Assembly (NCBI GenBank): GCA_051294375.1
Contig: CM119264.1
Location: forward strand, 26,187,011-26,251,010
Origin: Paraspadella gotoi
Lineage: Eukaryota > Animalia > Chaetognatha
DNA: 64,000 nt
Reading direction: 5' to 3'
Shown here: in pieces, positions 52,701 through 64,000 of the stretch
Numbering within the stretch: position 1 is the stretch's first letter
Layout of the letters: every line of letters starts with the position of its first letter
The notes under the pieces: model-generated
The model's input: only the letters and a program-made list of their open reading frames with translations
Told to the model about the DNA's origin: nothing
Databases searched by the model: none
Position numbers and translations under genes: made by a program

Positions 52701-52911
52701 ATTAAGGTTTATGTTCCAGGACCGACTAATGGTAAAGGCTGATACTTGCTCAATATTTAATGCTTTCAGGATACACCACTTCGTTTACTGGCTATAAATG
52801 ATTTTATATGGTTAGCGTGAGAAAAAGTCCGCAATCTCACAAAAGTACATTGCAAGTATTGATCCACTCATTCCTGCAAGATTTCTTTCAAGAAGTCTTT
52901 TAAGATTCTTC

Positions 52912-53084
52912 TTAACTGAAGATTACCTTTGAGTAATCAATGCACCCATCGCATTTGCAATGAGTTTCTTTGTTTCCACACCACCCAAATGAAGAGCAAC
53001 AGGGAGTCTCTCCTTTCGGATCACAAATTGAGGGTTTTCCATTGATTGGATATTTTGGACCACATTTCAAATCATCACGATATT
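52912..53084 (-). CDS. Copy C, last domain exon (hevein-like)
   Basis: TTTTAG|AA TAT… reads (E)YRDDLKCGPKYPINGKPSICDPKGETPCCSSFGWCGNKETHCKCDGCIDYSK, then reads through as VIFS* (TAA 52914-52912) because the last intron is collapsed. Confidence 0.85.
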
Positions 53085-53210
53085 CTAAAAGAAATAGATG
53101 AAACTAAAGCTTTAATTCAATTTTAAAAATCCTGTTTAAAGGAGATTAAAATATCCCACTTAAGTATTATGCAATATTTATGTACTTCAAAATTTTAGTG
53201 AATATAAAAC

Positions 53211-53417
53211 CTTTTTTCTTAGAGTAATTGATACATCTTGGGCAGCTGCAGTGAGCCTCTTTATTTCCGCACCATCCAGTTGGAGAACAACAGGGAAATT
53301 TCCCATTTGGATCACAAATGGAAGGCTCTCCATTTTTCAACCAGCGAGGCCCGCATTTTAGGTCGTCGCGAAATTTAATTAATGAGCTTGCGTCATGTTC
53401 CTTGGCCTTCTGGGAAA
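53211..53417 (-). CDS. Copy C, linker + domain-1 exon
   Basis: Reads SQKAKEHDASSLIKFRDDLKCGPRWLKNGEPSICDPNGKFPCCSPTGWCGNKEAHCSCPRCINYSKKK. 207 nt, phase 1-1, same splice sites as copy B. Confidence 0.8.
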
Positions 53418-53773
53418 CTGCAATGAATCCATTGCCGAGGTAGAATGACGGGAATATGTTTAATTTTAAGTTTCATGTAAATCTATGGAATGTTTTCTCC
53501 ATTCACAATTTTCTGTATCTTAATCCTTTTCTCTCATCCTGTAAGAGGTTTTCTATTAAAAAATAATCTAAAACTTTTAAAAATATAACTAAATTGTTCA
53601 TAATAATTTAAACAAAACTTTTTCTTTGGTAAAACTAGATTTTCAAGAGAAAAAATTTTTTTTAAATGTAAGCTAAATTTCTACAACTAAATTTTTAACT
53701 TAAAACTGATTCTTTACAGCAAGCTAAATTTCTACTTTTTATATTTAATTCTTTTTTAGGTGCAAGTACATAC

Positions 53774-53796
53774 TTGGAGCTGTATCACTAATAAGT
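53774..53796 (-). CDS. Copy C, 23-nt microexon
   Basis: Identical to 7876-7898, with AG/GT kept. Confidence 0.6.
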
Positions 53797-54141
53797 CTAA
53801 AATAAACTACTCTACACATTTTCCAGAAGTGTTTTTATGCTTTTATGAGTTTTATGAGTTAAAAAACTGATCGGATTTATTTCAATTTGGCTTTTTACTT
53901 TTTACTTTTTACTTTTTACTTTATCATAAAATAGTTGCCCTATTTTCTAAGGAATCTCTGAAAAAAAAATGAAATCTGGATTTAAAAAATTAAAAACAGT
54001 AAGCCGTTTTTTTTTAAAACATCGGAGTTGAACAAACTCCATCATCACATCCCGTGTTTGTGTAATTTGTGGTGAATCTTTCAAGAGTAATGTGTACGGA
54101 ACTTAACTTTCTTGACTAACTGTTGGACCAATCTTCTAGAA

Positions 54142-55055
54142 AACAAGTTTGAGCAAACAATGTCGGATCTGCCCACAATCAATATCGGTAAGTAAAATAA
54201 GTTAATTAATTAATTAATTAATTAATCCAAAATGTTTGTTTTGATTGATTAATTGACTGATTAATTAATAATTGATTAATTATTTGATTAATTTATACAT
54301 CTTGCATTTACATTTAATATAAAAAGAAAAAGAAGCATAATCAAATAGTGAAACAGGTTTTTTTTTCCATTTAAACTCATTTCCACTCAAACGATTCCAT
54401 CGAAACTTGATTTCCAGCTTAATTACACACTTTCCTACCCACATACAAAATTTCAGGTCAATTGCACCATCCACACCATCCACACCACCACACCATCCAC
54501 ACAGTAATTGGTGTTCAAATAATGAAATATATTTTTTTGTTTTTTCCATTTATACTCATTTCCTCTTGGACGACTCCATCAAAACTTCATATCCAACTCA
54601 ATCACACTCTTTCTTAACTACATACAAAATTTCATTCCAATCAATCTATCCAATCACGAGGAATTGTGTTTTTTGTTAAGGTGGGACGGATGGATGGACA
54701 GACAGATGGACAGACAGATGGATGGACAGACATCGTTTTTTTTGCATAATTTATCTAAGGAATAATAGATTTTTAATGTGTAACAACGAATTTTTATTTC
54801 ATAGGGACATGTTTCGACTCTGTGGTTGAGAGTCTTCATCATCGAAACATGTCCCTATGAAATAAAAATTCGTTGTTACACATTAAAAATATGTTATTCC
54901 TTAAACACAAACACAACAAAAAAGAAAGAATCACAACAATGTTCAATTTATCATAATTCGATGTTCTGACATGATATAAGTGAATGCCTGACAAGTTTGG
55001 GGGGTAGACCGACAGACCAACAAAGTGAATTATAGAGTCGGGATCTGCTGATAAT
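54142..55055 (-). mobile_element. DINE-1/HINE-like element (hosts the Penelope-like insertion)
   Basis: Same family hallmarks as 8523-9205. Confidence 0.8.
54756..54944. mobile_element. Penelope-like inverted tail insertion with minimal hammerhead core
   Basis: ~62-bp inverted arms (54756-54817/54842-54903) plus an unpaired tail. Minus strand TGATGA-A-GACTC-TCAACCACA-GAGTC-GAAAC-AT-GTC. 8-bp duplication AATTTATC of the host HINE. Confidence 0.75.
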
Positions 55056-55521
55056 CAAAAAAATGCGACCTCTTCAGACACAACGCTTTCGGAATCGTGC
55101 GTTTTTACATTACATCTATTTTTTACAGAAGTTCTTCCCTGGGTCGTTTATAAAGTTTGGTAATCAGATTTAAACGTAAATCTCCATTGAAAAAATATTC
55201 TAAGATTTCTAAAATCGACGTCGACTCCTATCCTATATAGCAAGGACGAGAGCGAAGAAACTTACAAACTTACCAACATATGACATAATATCATGCCCAA
55301 GGACGACGCGATAGTTAACGTGTTTGGGGTTCACTGGAATGTGTGGATCTGTCGGAAATAATACATTTATGGCAACATGTGTGATCCCCGGGGTGTAAGG
55401 CATCTCACAACAGCAGGCAATCAGGGTTTTGTGGACCTGCATTGACTGGTGCACCGTGAGAGGATTGAACGCGGAACTCACATTTGGTGAGCGAGCTTTG
55501 CAAGCCATGGGACAAGCCTAC

Positions 55522-57675
55522 TAGAGATTCCTTAACCATTAAAAATTAACCGTTAATAACGGTGAAATTTTTTGTTTAACTTAACCGTTATGGTGGACTA
55601 AAATCCACCAACCGTTCATCAGCGTCCATTGTGCCGGAGGCAATGTCATATCGCCTCCTAAGGCCAAAGGTCCCGGGTTCGCTAGCGCCGGTGGTCGTCT
55701 GGCATTAAGAGGGACGGGGCGCTTAACCCCTCGCTCTGTAATCAGAGGTGTTTACAGCCTGATCCAAGCTCAGGGACTGCTTATATGCACCGGTTTCTGT
55801 CATTAAGCACTTATATCAATAATTACTGTCTCTTCACATTGTGAGCCCGACTTCCGAAACCAACAGCAACACGAACACTTTCAGCGACATGCCTCAACCT
55901 GGCGAATGCACTTTCCGCCCACAACACATCAGGCACTGCTCAACTTGGTGACGGAACTTTCACCAACAATCTAACCATTCACGTGAAGAGACCAACGACT
56001 TCTCCTACGGAAGGGGGGGATGTATGGTGGAACTAAAATCCACCACCGTTCAAACAGCGCCATTGGTGACCTGCTGGAGGCAAAGTCAATTCGCTCTCCC
56101 AACGCCCAAAGGTCCGGGGTTCTAGCCCTGCTGGTCGTGCTGGGCAGTTAAAGGACGGGGCGCTTACCCGCGCTGTAACAAGTGTTACAGCCTGATCCGA
56201 AGCCAGGGACTGCTTATATTGGAACGGTTTTGTCATTAACACTTATCAATAATTACTGCTCTCTTCACCGTAATTTTTTTTAATGTTAAAAAAAAGTTCG
56301 GTTAGAATTTTAATTTTATAATTTGATACCATTTTGGCTAAAGAATATTTTTTGTTTTCTTTTAACTTTTTACTAGTAAAAATGTCTAAATCGATTGGAA
56401 AAAGATGGACGGTTTCTCTCCTGTCTTGAAACATTTTGAGAAAAGGTTTCCTCACGGTTTAATTAAAGAACGTACATGTTTCGGCTCCAGAATTGCAAGC
56501 CTTGATCAAGCATCAAATTGAATTTGATTCAATGGTAAAAACATTTGGTGCTAAAGACTAATGTCGTCTCTCTCTCTCTCAGCTCTCTCTCTCTCACTCT
56601 CTCTCACTGTCGTCAACCTATTTCACTTCTTCTTTTTTCTCCTTCAAAACTGAAGATTATCCTGTCCTCATTAAATCTGTCCTCGACCATTTTGACCACT
56701 ATCTCTGTGGTTGGTAAATTTGCCCTCTCTCACTCGTTTCTCTCTCTCTCCAGCTTCTTCTTTAGCATAAAATTTTTACCATTCGAATCAGAATTCAATT
56801 TTGACGCTTATGAAAGCAGCAATTTAGAGGCCTAGACGCTGACATTTCCTCTAATGCAAAATAGAAGTCGTTGTAAGCCATTTCAAATCGTTTTCTCTAA
56901 TATTACCAAACACACACAAGATAGGCATATACAATTAGATTTTTTTAAAAGTTTTTTCTGTCGATTTGGAGAACGAGTAAGAACTCATGTGAAAAGTAAA
57001 TAACAGAATCTATTTCATGATGAAAGTTGACATGTCTAGTAAATTTTTTATGAAAATTTAGGGCGTGAAATGAGTTTTAGCTTAAACTCTATGAAAGTGT
57101 AAAGAAAATGAATATTCCAAGAAAGAAACAATAAAACGACTTCCCAGTTTAACTTGCATTCAAAGCTGTCAAGTATCTTCTTTAATACGACAATTTAAAA
57201 TAAAAAGAAGTTAAAAGCTTTTTTCTTGCAAAAACAAACTTAAAAACGCCTCATTGAGTTTAAAAAAAAATAGTATTCTATACTACGTTATCTTGTTCCG
57301 CTAACCTAGCTAAGAATGAGAAATGAATCCGGGCTTTTTATCTCTAACTCTTTAAGATAGTTATTGAATTAAAAATGAACACAGCCATAATCACTATCAA
57401 TGGATTTGTTTATGTATAGATTAATTAATGTATATTCCTTCTTCTGTACTTATAATTGAAGTAGCCTAAAGATTTGCAAGAAGATTAAAAATACAAAGTT
57501 TTAATTTTTGTTTTTCCCCCTTTCTTTTAAAAAAGAAAAATTGAAAATTTTATATTATAAAATTACTCTAGTTACTGAATTAGACCAATTTTAAACATTA
57601 ATGGCTTAAAGAAGGTCAATTTTTAACGGTTAGACCCGACGTTGTTTAGAAAAATTAATGGTTATAAGGACTTGA
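55522..57675. mobile_element. Non-autonomous hAT-type element related to 18363-19849
   Basis: Starts TAGAGATTCCTTAACCATTAA with TAACCGTTAA subterminal repeats. Ends near AATTAATGGTTA(T)AAGGA. Approximate CAAGCTAC duplication. Sequence is noisy. Confidence 0.6.
55588..56268 (+). mobile_element. TRIM (miniature LTR retrotransposon) with tRNA-like sequence in its LTRs
   Basis: ~250-bp direct repeats (~55588-55838, 56021-56268; TG…CA). PBS-like TGTGAGCCCGAC at 55840, PPT GGAAGGGGGGGA at 56009-56020, ~180-bp non-coding interior, and (A)CCGT on both flanks. Confidence 0.8.
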
Positions 57676-58564
57676 CAAGGCTAGCCATCTAGGCAAAAAA
57701 GTAATTTCACATAATGGTTAAAATCATTTAATTCAAGTAAGAAGTTTAGCAACAAGTCGGAATCTGCCTTAGCATATTAAGCGGTAATATAATCGTGCTA
57801 TTCAATATGAGTAAATCATTAAAATTTTTTAATATGTGATCATATACGGATCATAACAAGATTGTACCATATCAAACAGTGGCAGCGATTTAACAATAAG
57901 TACAATAATTTTTTAACGTTGCCTCCATTTTTTAGACTCATAAATTTTTACAACTTCATATTTTTTCAATTTGCATTTTTTAACTTGCAAGCATTTTTCA
58001 ACTGCATAATTTTTTACTAATAGATCGAATAGATTAATTAATCAATCAAAGTTAAAACATTTATGATAAACAGTAAATAATAAAATCTCAAGTCGAACTT
58101 GATTTGTTTTTCCACTGCTTCATTCCATCTAAACTTTATCCTGCCTTAAGTCACACACTTTCCTACATTACACACAAAATTTTATTTCAATCTATGATTA
58201 ATCAGAGTAATAGGAGTTAAAATAGTAAAAAAGATTTTTAGGTAAAGATGTGACTTGATGGTTTTACATTTAACTGCTTTTCAAACCTCGGCAGAATTCC
58301 ATTAAAAATTGTATATCAAACTCAACCACGTCACTAGTCCTACCACACACAAAATTTTTTCAATCAGTAATTTGGAGTTTTTTGCTCATGGGTGGATGTC
58401 CATCGGTTTTTTAGATAATTTATCATAATTTTCGATTTTCGTGACCTGATACTGATGATGATACCGACAAGTTTAAGGGTTAGGACAGACGGAACAACAA
58501 AGTGAATTATAAGTCGGAAATCTGCTCTGAAAAGACAGATCTGACTAAAAAAAAGAACCAAAAC

Positions 58565-60564
58565 ATCGGTAAAACATGCTAAATATTGTTATGCCCTGCC
58601 TGGGCATCGACTTCTGCTGCATTTCATTTGGTGTATGCTGCGTACACGTGAAGCGATCATGATATGACGCTAGATATTTTTCCATTCTTTTTATTCAATT
58701 ATTTTCAGCTCCTCCACCGATGTTTAGGACTAAAATAGGTAAGCCATTTATGAACAAAAAGGTACGAGTACTTTTGCATAGGCCAAAAAAAAAAAAAACT
58801 CAATTCGAATAAAAAACAATGCAATACCAAGAATAGTAAAAAACTAAATTTTAATTTTTAGTTCAGTCTGCTATTCAGCAATTTTTTCGGACTGTTATTA
58901 ATTCATTTTGTCTATCATCGGTCCCGCCCCAAAATCTTCTGGAAATCATGAACAGAAGATCGAATTATGCAAAAAAATATCTGGCGTCTGGTCTATCTCC
59001 AACGTCCTGTCCCATTACCCCTTAATAAAAACATTATTGGCGCAGCCATTGTTGTTTGAGACAATCTTTTTATGATCAGTGAGGATCTACAAAATTTAAA
59101 AAAATATCATGAATTATCATCTATTAGCATGATTACTGCTTAAATTATGTGTAAGCAGATCCCACATTTAAATTGTTATCAGTTTCAATTGGAAATGTTT
59201 TGCTTGTAACGAAATGAGCTATAAAAAAATGGAAAGAATAGCTAGTGAAAAAAACTTTAAGTGTATAATACTGAAAACAATTCGATTTTTTTTATAAATT
59301 GAAACAATTTCAAGTGTAAATTACCTTCACATAAAAATGTGTGATTTACTTGTTGCTAGATTGGCTAAACTTTCGGAAGAGCAAATTTAGATTCGCCACA
59401 ATTATTTAATACACATTTTTAGAATAAAAACAATTTAATATGTTTGTTAGTATAATCTGATTTCAATATCAATCGTCAATTTTATTTTTAATGATGACTT
59501 AGACATGTATTCACCTCCGAAGTAACAGAAGTCCAGAAAACTGAATATTATCGGTTTTCATTTTCTCTTGCAAGCCCTGAGAACATAATAGTTTAAAAAA
59601 TATAAAAATTGAATGATAATTTTTTTAGAAAAATATTATATCAATAACAATAAAGTCAAGTTATGGTAAAAATGGATTTCTGCCATCGACAACACCTATG
59701 ATCTCTACATTGCTACTTCAGACTTCAAACTCTATAGTCTAAAAACATTGCTCATCAAGGGATGCAACTGAACCATCCCATACGTTACGTTCATTCCACA
59801 GTTCCAAAGACTTCCCTCTGTCTATTGGCAAAGGAGATCCGTTCCTATCTACGGTAACTCGCCCGGTGCAGGAGCGCCCTAAACCAACAGGAGGCTCCGC
59901 CCTCACATGGGTCCTTCCGAGCCAAATCGCAGGCAACGCCCTGTTACCACTACAATACCACCAACATATCCATTATTTATCTAATAAGCTATCTTACGCC
60001 CTTGAGGTTTGAACGCTTATTACAGATAAATGGTGCGCGGGTTAAGGCCTCCATCTCTCTTTACGTATATAATAAGAATACGCAGAAGATATCGCCCAAT
60101 CTTCATAAAGAGAAATTTGATATCATTTAATAAATTAATTCAATATCAAAAAAAGACCTTCAGAGAAGCCTCTTTATGATCCATTACATATGATCCCACT
60201 ATTAAAAACCTAGTACCAGTATTATCTAGCATGGTTTGATTGCTCAATATATAAATATTTCTATGTAAAATGTTATAATTACGATAAACTTACTTTCGTT
60301 GGAAACTAGGTTGAGCGAAGTTCTCCTTCAAGGTGGACTAAAACGTGAAAATGAAATGATGCCATGCCAGGATGTTTTCAAAAACAGTGAAAACATCTTT
60401 TACGATTTCAAGCAGATATCTTATCAAATATAAATGATTACCAAATTACAAGTCCTAAGGTTTTTTAATAAGTTTGAGCAAAGCAATGTGATTGCCCACG
60501 ATCATTGCGGCCAGATTAATTATTTGAATTAACTATATAGAACTAATAAATAAAATTTATAATT
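58565..60564 (+). other. Noisy redundant copy of 60590-62480
   Basis: Colinear with many indels. Ends at a 25-N gap, after which the same sequence restarts. Confidence 0.85.
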
Positions 60565-60600
60565 NNNNNNNNNNNNNNNNNNNNNNNNNGTAAAACATGC

Positions 60601-60710
60601 TTAATATTTGTTATGCCCTGCCTGGGCATCGACTACTGCCTGCATTCATTTGGGTATGCTGTCGTACAGTGAATGGATATATATGACGGTAAGATATTTT
60701 TCCATTCTCT
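60601..60710 (-). pseudogene. Tc1/mariner transposase C-terminal relic
   Basis: Reads HSLYDSIPK*MQAVVDAQAGHNKY*. Paralogous to 14050-14150. Confidence 0.8.
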
Positions 60711-61493
60711 TTATTCAATTATTTTCAGCCCTGCCACCGATGTTTAACTAAAATAGCAACTTTATGAACCAAAAAAAGGTACAGTACTTTCTGCATAGCC
60801 AAAAAAAAAAAAAAACTTAATTCGAAATAAAAACAATGCAATACCAAGAATAGTAAAAAACTAAATTTAATTTTTTAGTCAGATCTGCTTATCAGCAGAT
60901 TTCGACTGTATAATTCATTTTGTCTATGCATCGGTCCCCCTCCAAAATCTTGTCGGTAAATCATAACAGAAGATCGAATTATGCAAAAAAAATTATCTGT
61001 GCGTCTGTCTCTCCAACTGTCTGTCCATTCCCCCTTAATGAAAAACATGTATTGGCGCAGCCATTTGTTTGGTTTGGTACAATCTTTTATGATCAGTGAG
61101 GGATCTACAAAATTCTAAAAGAAATCATGAATTTATGCATCTATAGCATGTGATTACTGCTTAAATTATTGTAAGCAGATCCCAATATGTAGCAATGGTG
61201 TTTTGCTTGTAACGATTACTATAAAAAAAAATGGAAAGAAAGCTAGGAAAAAAAACTTTTAATGTATAATCTGAAAAACATTCTGATTTTTTTTATAAAT
61301 TGAAACAATTATTCAAGTTAAACACCTCACTAAAAATGTGTGATTACTTGTCCTAATGGGCATATTTCGGAAGCAAATTTAGATTCGCCACAAATTATTT
61401 AATACACCATTTTTAGAATAAAAACAATTTAATAATTTTCTTAGTATAATCTTTTCATATCAATGTCAAATTTTATTTTTAATGATGACTTAC

Positions 61494-61549
61494 GTACATT
61501 AGTTCACCTCCGAAGTAACAGAAGCCAAAAACTGAATTATCGGTTTCAT
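61494..61549 (-). CDS. Copy C, signal-peptide exon (contains indels, probably sequencing noise)
   Basis: Paralog of 28324-28382 with the same acceptor, ATG and GTAAGT donor. The indels differ from those in the redundant read at ~59503-59561, which suggests errors rather than true lesions. Confidence 0.45.
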
Positions 61550-64000
61550 TTTCTCTTGCAAGCCCTGAGAAATAATTAGTTCTAAAGAATAAAAAATTGA
61601 AGATAATTTTTTAGAAAAAATTTTATATCAATAACAAAAAGTCAAGTTATGTAAAAATATTGATTCTGCCCATCGACAACACATGATTCTACAGCTACTT
61701 CATACTCAATACTCTATAGTCTAAAACCATTGGTTCAATGGGTGAATGCACCATCCCAAGCGTTACGTTTCATCCACAGTCCAAACGACTTCCCTCTGCA
61801 TTGGCAAAGTGAGATCCATCCTAAGGTAACTGCGCCGGTGACAGGAGGCGTCCCTAAAAGCCAACAGTGAGATGCCCCATCTCAATGGGCAACACAGGCA
61901 ACCCGGCTGTTACCATACAATACACAAATTATCCATTCATTTATCTAATAAGCTATCTTACCCCTGAGTTTGGAACGGCTATGGTGGGATAAGGCCTCCA
62001 TCTCTCTTACTATATAATGAAATAGAAGGAATGCAAGCTTTCAATTAAGAGAAATTTGATATCAACTTAAAAAAAATTCAATATCAAAAAAAGACTTCAG
62101 AGAGCCTGTTTTGATCCATGCCATATTGATCCCACTATTAAAAACCGTCAGTATTTTAGCATGGTTTGATGCCAATATAAATTTTTATGAAAAATGTATA
62201 AATCATAAAACTTACTTTTGTTGGAAATCTAGGTTGAGCGAAGTTCCCTTTCAAGTGTGACTAAAAACGTGAAAATGAAAGATTGCCAATGCCAAGGATT
62301 TTTCAAAACAGGAAAAACATCTTTATACAATTTCAAGCAAGACTGAAAAATTAAAAATTAAAGATTACCAAAGCTAAGGATTTTTTTAATAAGTTTGAGC
62401 AAACAATGTTGGATCTGCCCACGATCATTTGCGGCAATTAATTATTTAATTAACTATATAAACTAAAATAATAATTTAATTAATAAATTAATTGATTGAT
62501 TGAATAAATAATTAATTAATTCATAAATAAATTTATTATTGAATAATTAATTAATAGATAACTAAATAAATTGCTTGATTGAATAATTGATCCCATTAAT
62601 AAATTATTTATTAATTAATTGACTAATTGAATAATTAACTGATTAATTATTAATTAATACATCTTGCGTCTACATTTAATATAAAAAGAGCATAACCAAT
62701 TAGTGAAACAGGTTTTTTGTTTTTTCCATTAAAACTCATTTCCACTCGGACAATTCTATCGAAACTTGATTTCCAGCTTAATCACACACTTACCTACCCA
62801 CATACAAAATCTCAAGTCAATAGCCCCGTCTACTCATGAGTAATTGACGTTCAAATAGTGAAATTTATTTTTTTTATTTTTTCCATTTACACTCATTTCC
62901 ACTCGCACGATTCCATCAAAACGTCATATCCCGCTCAATCATTCCAATCCATCCATCCAATCACGAGCAATTGGAGTTTTTTGCTGAGGTGAGATGGACA
63001 AACAGACAGACAGATGGATGGACGGAGGGATGGACAGATATCTTTCTTTGCATAATATATCATAATTTGATTTTCTGACATGATATAAGTAAATGCCCAA
63101 CAAGATTGAGGGGGCGGACCGATGGACCAACAAAGTGAATTATAGAGTCGGATCTGCTGATTAATGATCTTAGTTGAAGCCAGTAGACGTGTGATGAGAC
63201 GTCTGAGAATGCTGCTCCGGTTTCTTTGGAAATCGTTGAGTGGAATGAGTTAAAAAAAAAAAAACTGTTTCACTAATTGATTATGCTTCTTTTTCTTTTT
63301 ATATGAAATGTAAATGCAAGATGTATTAATTAATTTGAAAAAATCGGCTCGGTTGACTGAACCACTACTTACCTAATACNNNNNNNNNNNNNNNNNNNNN
63401 NNNNATCACGAGCAATTGGAGTTTTTTGCTGAGGTGAGATGGACAAACAGACAGACAGATGGACGGACGGAGGGATGGACAGATATCTNNNNNNNNNNAG
63501 TCAATAGCCCCGTCCACTTTTTTTATTTTTTCCATTTACACTCATTTCCACTCGCACGATTCCATCAAAACGTCATATCCCGCTCAATCATTCCAATCCA
63601 TCCATCCAATCACGAGCAATTGGAGTTTTTTGCTGAGGTGAGATGGACGAACAGACAGACAGACGGACGGACGGACGGATGGACAGATATCTTTCTTTGC
63701 ATAATATATCATAATTTGATTTTCTGACATGATATAAGTGAATGCCCAACAAGATTGAGGGGGCGGACCGATGGACCAACAAAGTGAATTATAGAGTCGG
63801 ATCTGCTGATTAATGATCTTAGTTGAAGCCAGTAGACGTGTGATGAGACGTCTGAGAATGCTGCTCCGGTTTCTTTGGAAATCGTTTGAGTGGAAATGAG
63901 TTAAAAAAAAAACCTGTTTCACTAATTGATTATGCTTCTTTTTCTTTTTATATGAAATGTAAATGCAAGATGTATTAATTAATTTGAAAAAATCGGCTCG

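Noticed and set aside
52440-52765. ~160-bp tandem duplication downstream of copy C
   Set aside because: Real (also present in the noisy re-read) but an ordinary non-coding local duplication.
61790-61910. HDV-like or twister ribozyme
   Set aside because: L3/P1 lengths do not fit the HDV fold, and the twister CCCAAGCCCG core is missing. Kept only as an unclassified structured repeat.

Overview
AT-rich, repeat-dense eukaryotic DNA, probably from an invertebrate animal. It is a draft assembly with N gaps and visibly unpolished long-read stretches. The only host gene I can support is a minus-strand, multi-exon gene for a small secreted protein: a signal peptide MKTIILVFALLFTSEVNT, a 23-nt microexon, then tandem 8-Cys hevein-like (chitin-binding type-1-like) domains, one per exon. 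It is present as a 3-domain copy (B, ~29245->6622, with a ~20-kb TE-filled intron) and a 2-domain paralog (C, ~62280->52912). There is also an indel-ridden duplicate (A, ~3.5-4.8 kb) that is probably assembly redundancy. The rest is nested mobile DNA: many DINE-1/HINE-like Helentron-associated elements, hAT-type non-autonomous elements with 8-bp TSDs, a long-TIR foldback element, Tc1 transposase C-terminal relics, a non-autonomous LTR element with its empty site nearby, an integrase-only Gypsy relic, a TRIM with tRNA-like sequence in its LTRs, and Penelope-type inverted tails carrying minimal hammerhead-ribozyme cores. Several kb-scale duplications sit next to 25-N gaps and should be treated as possible assembly artefacts. 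All calls were made by eye, with no database search.
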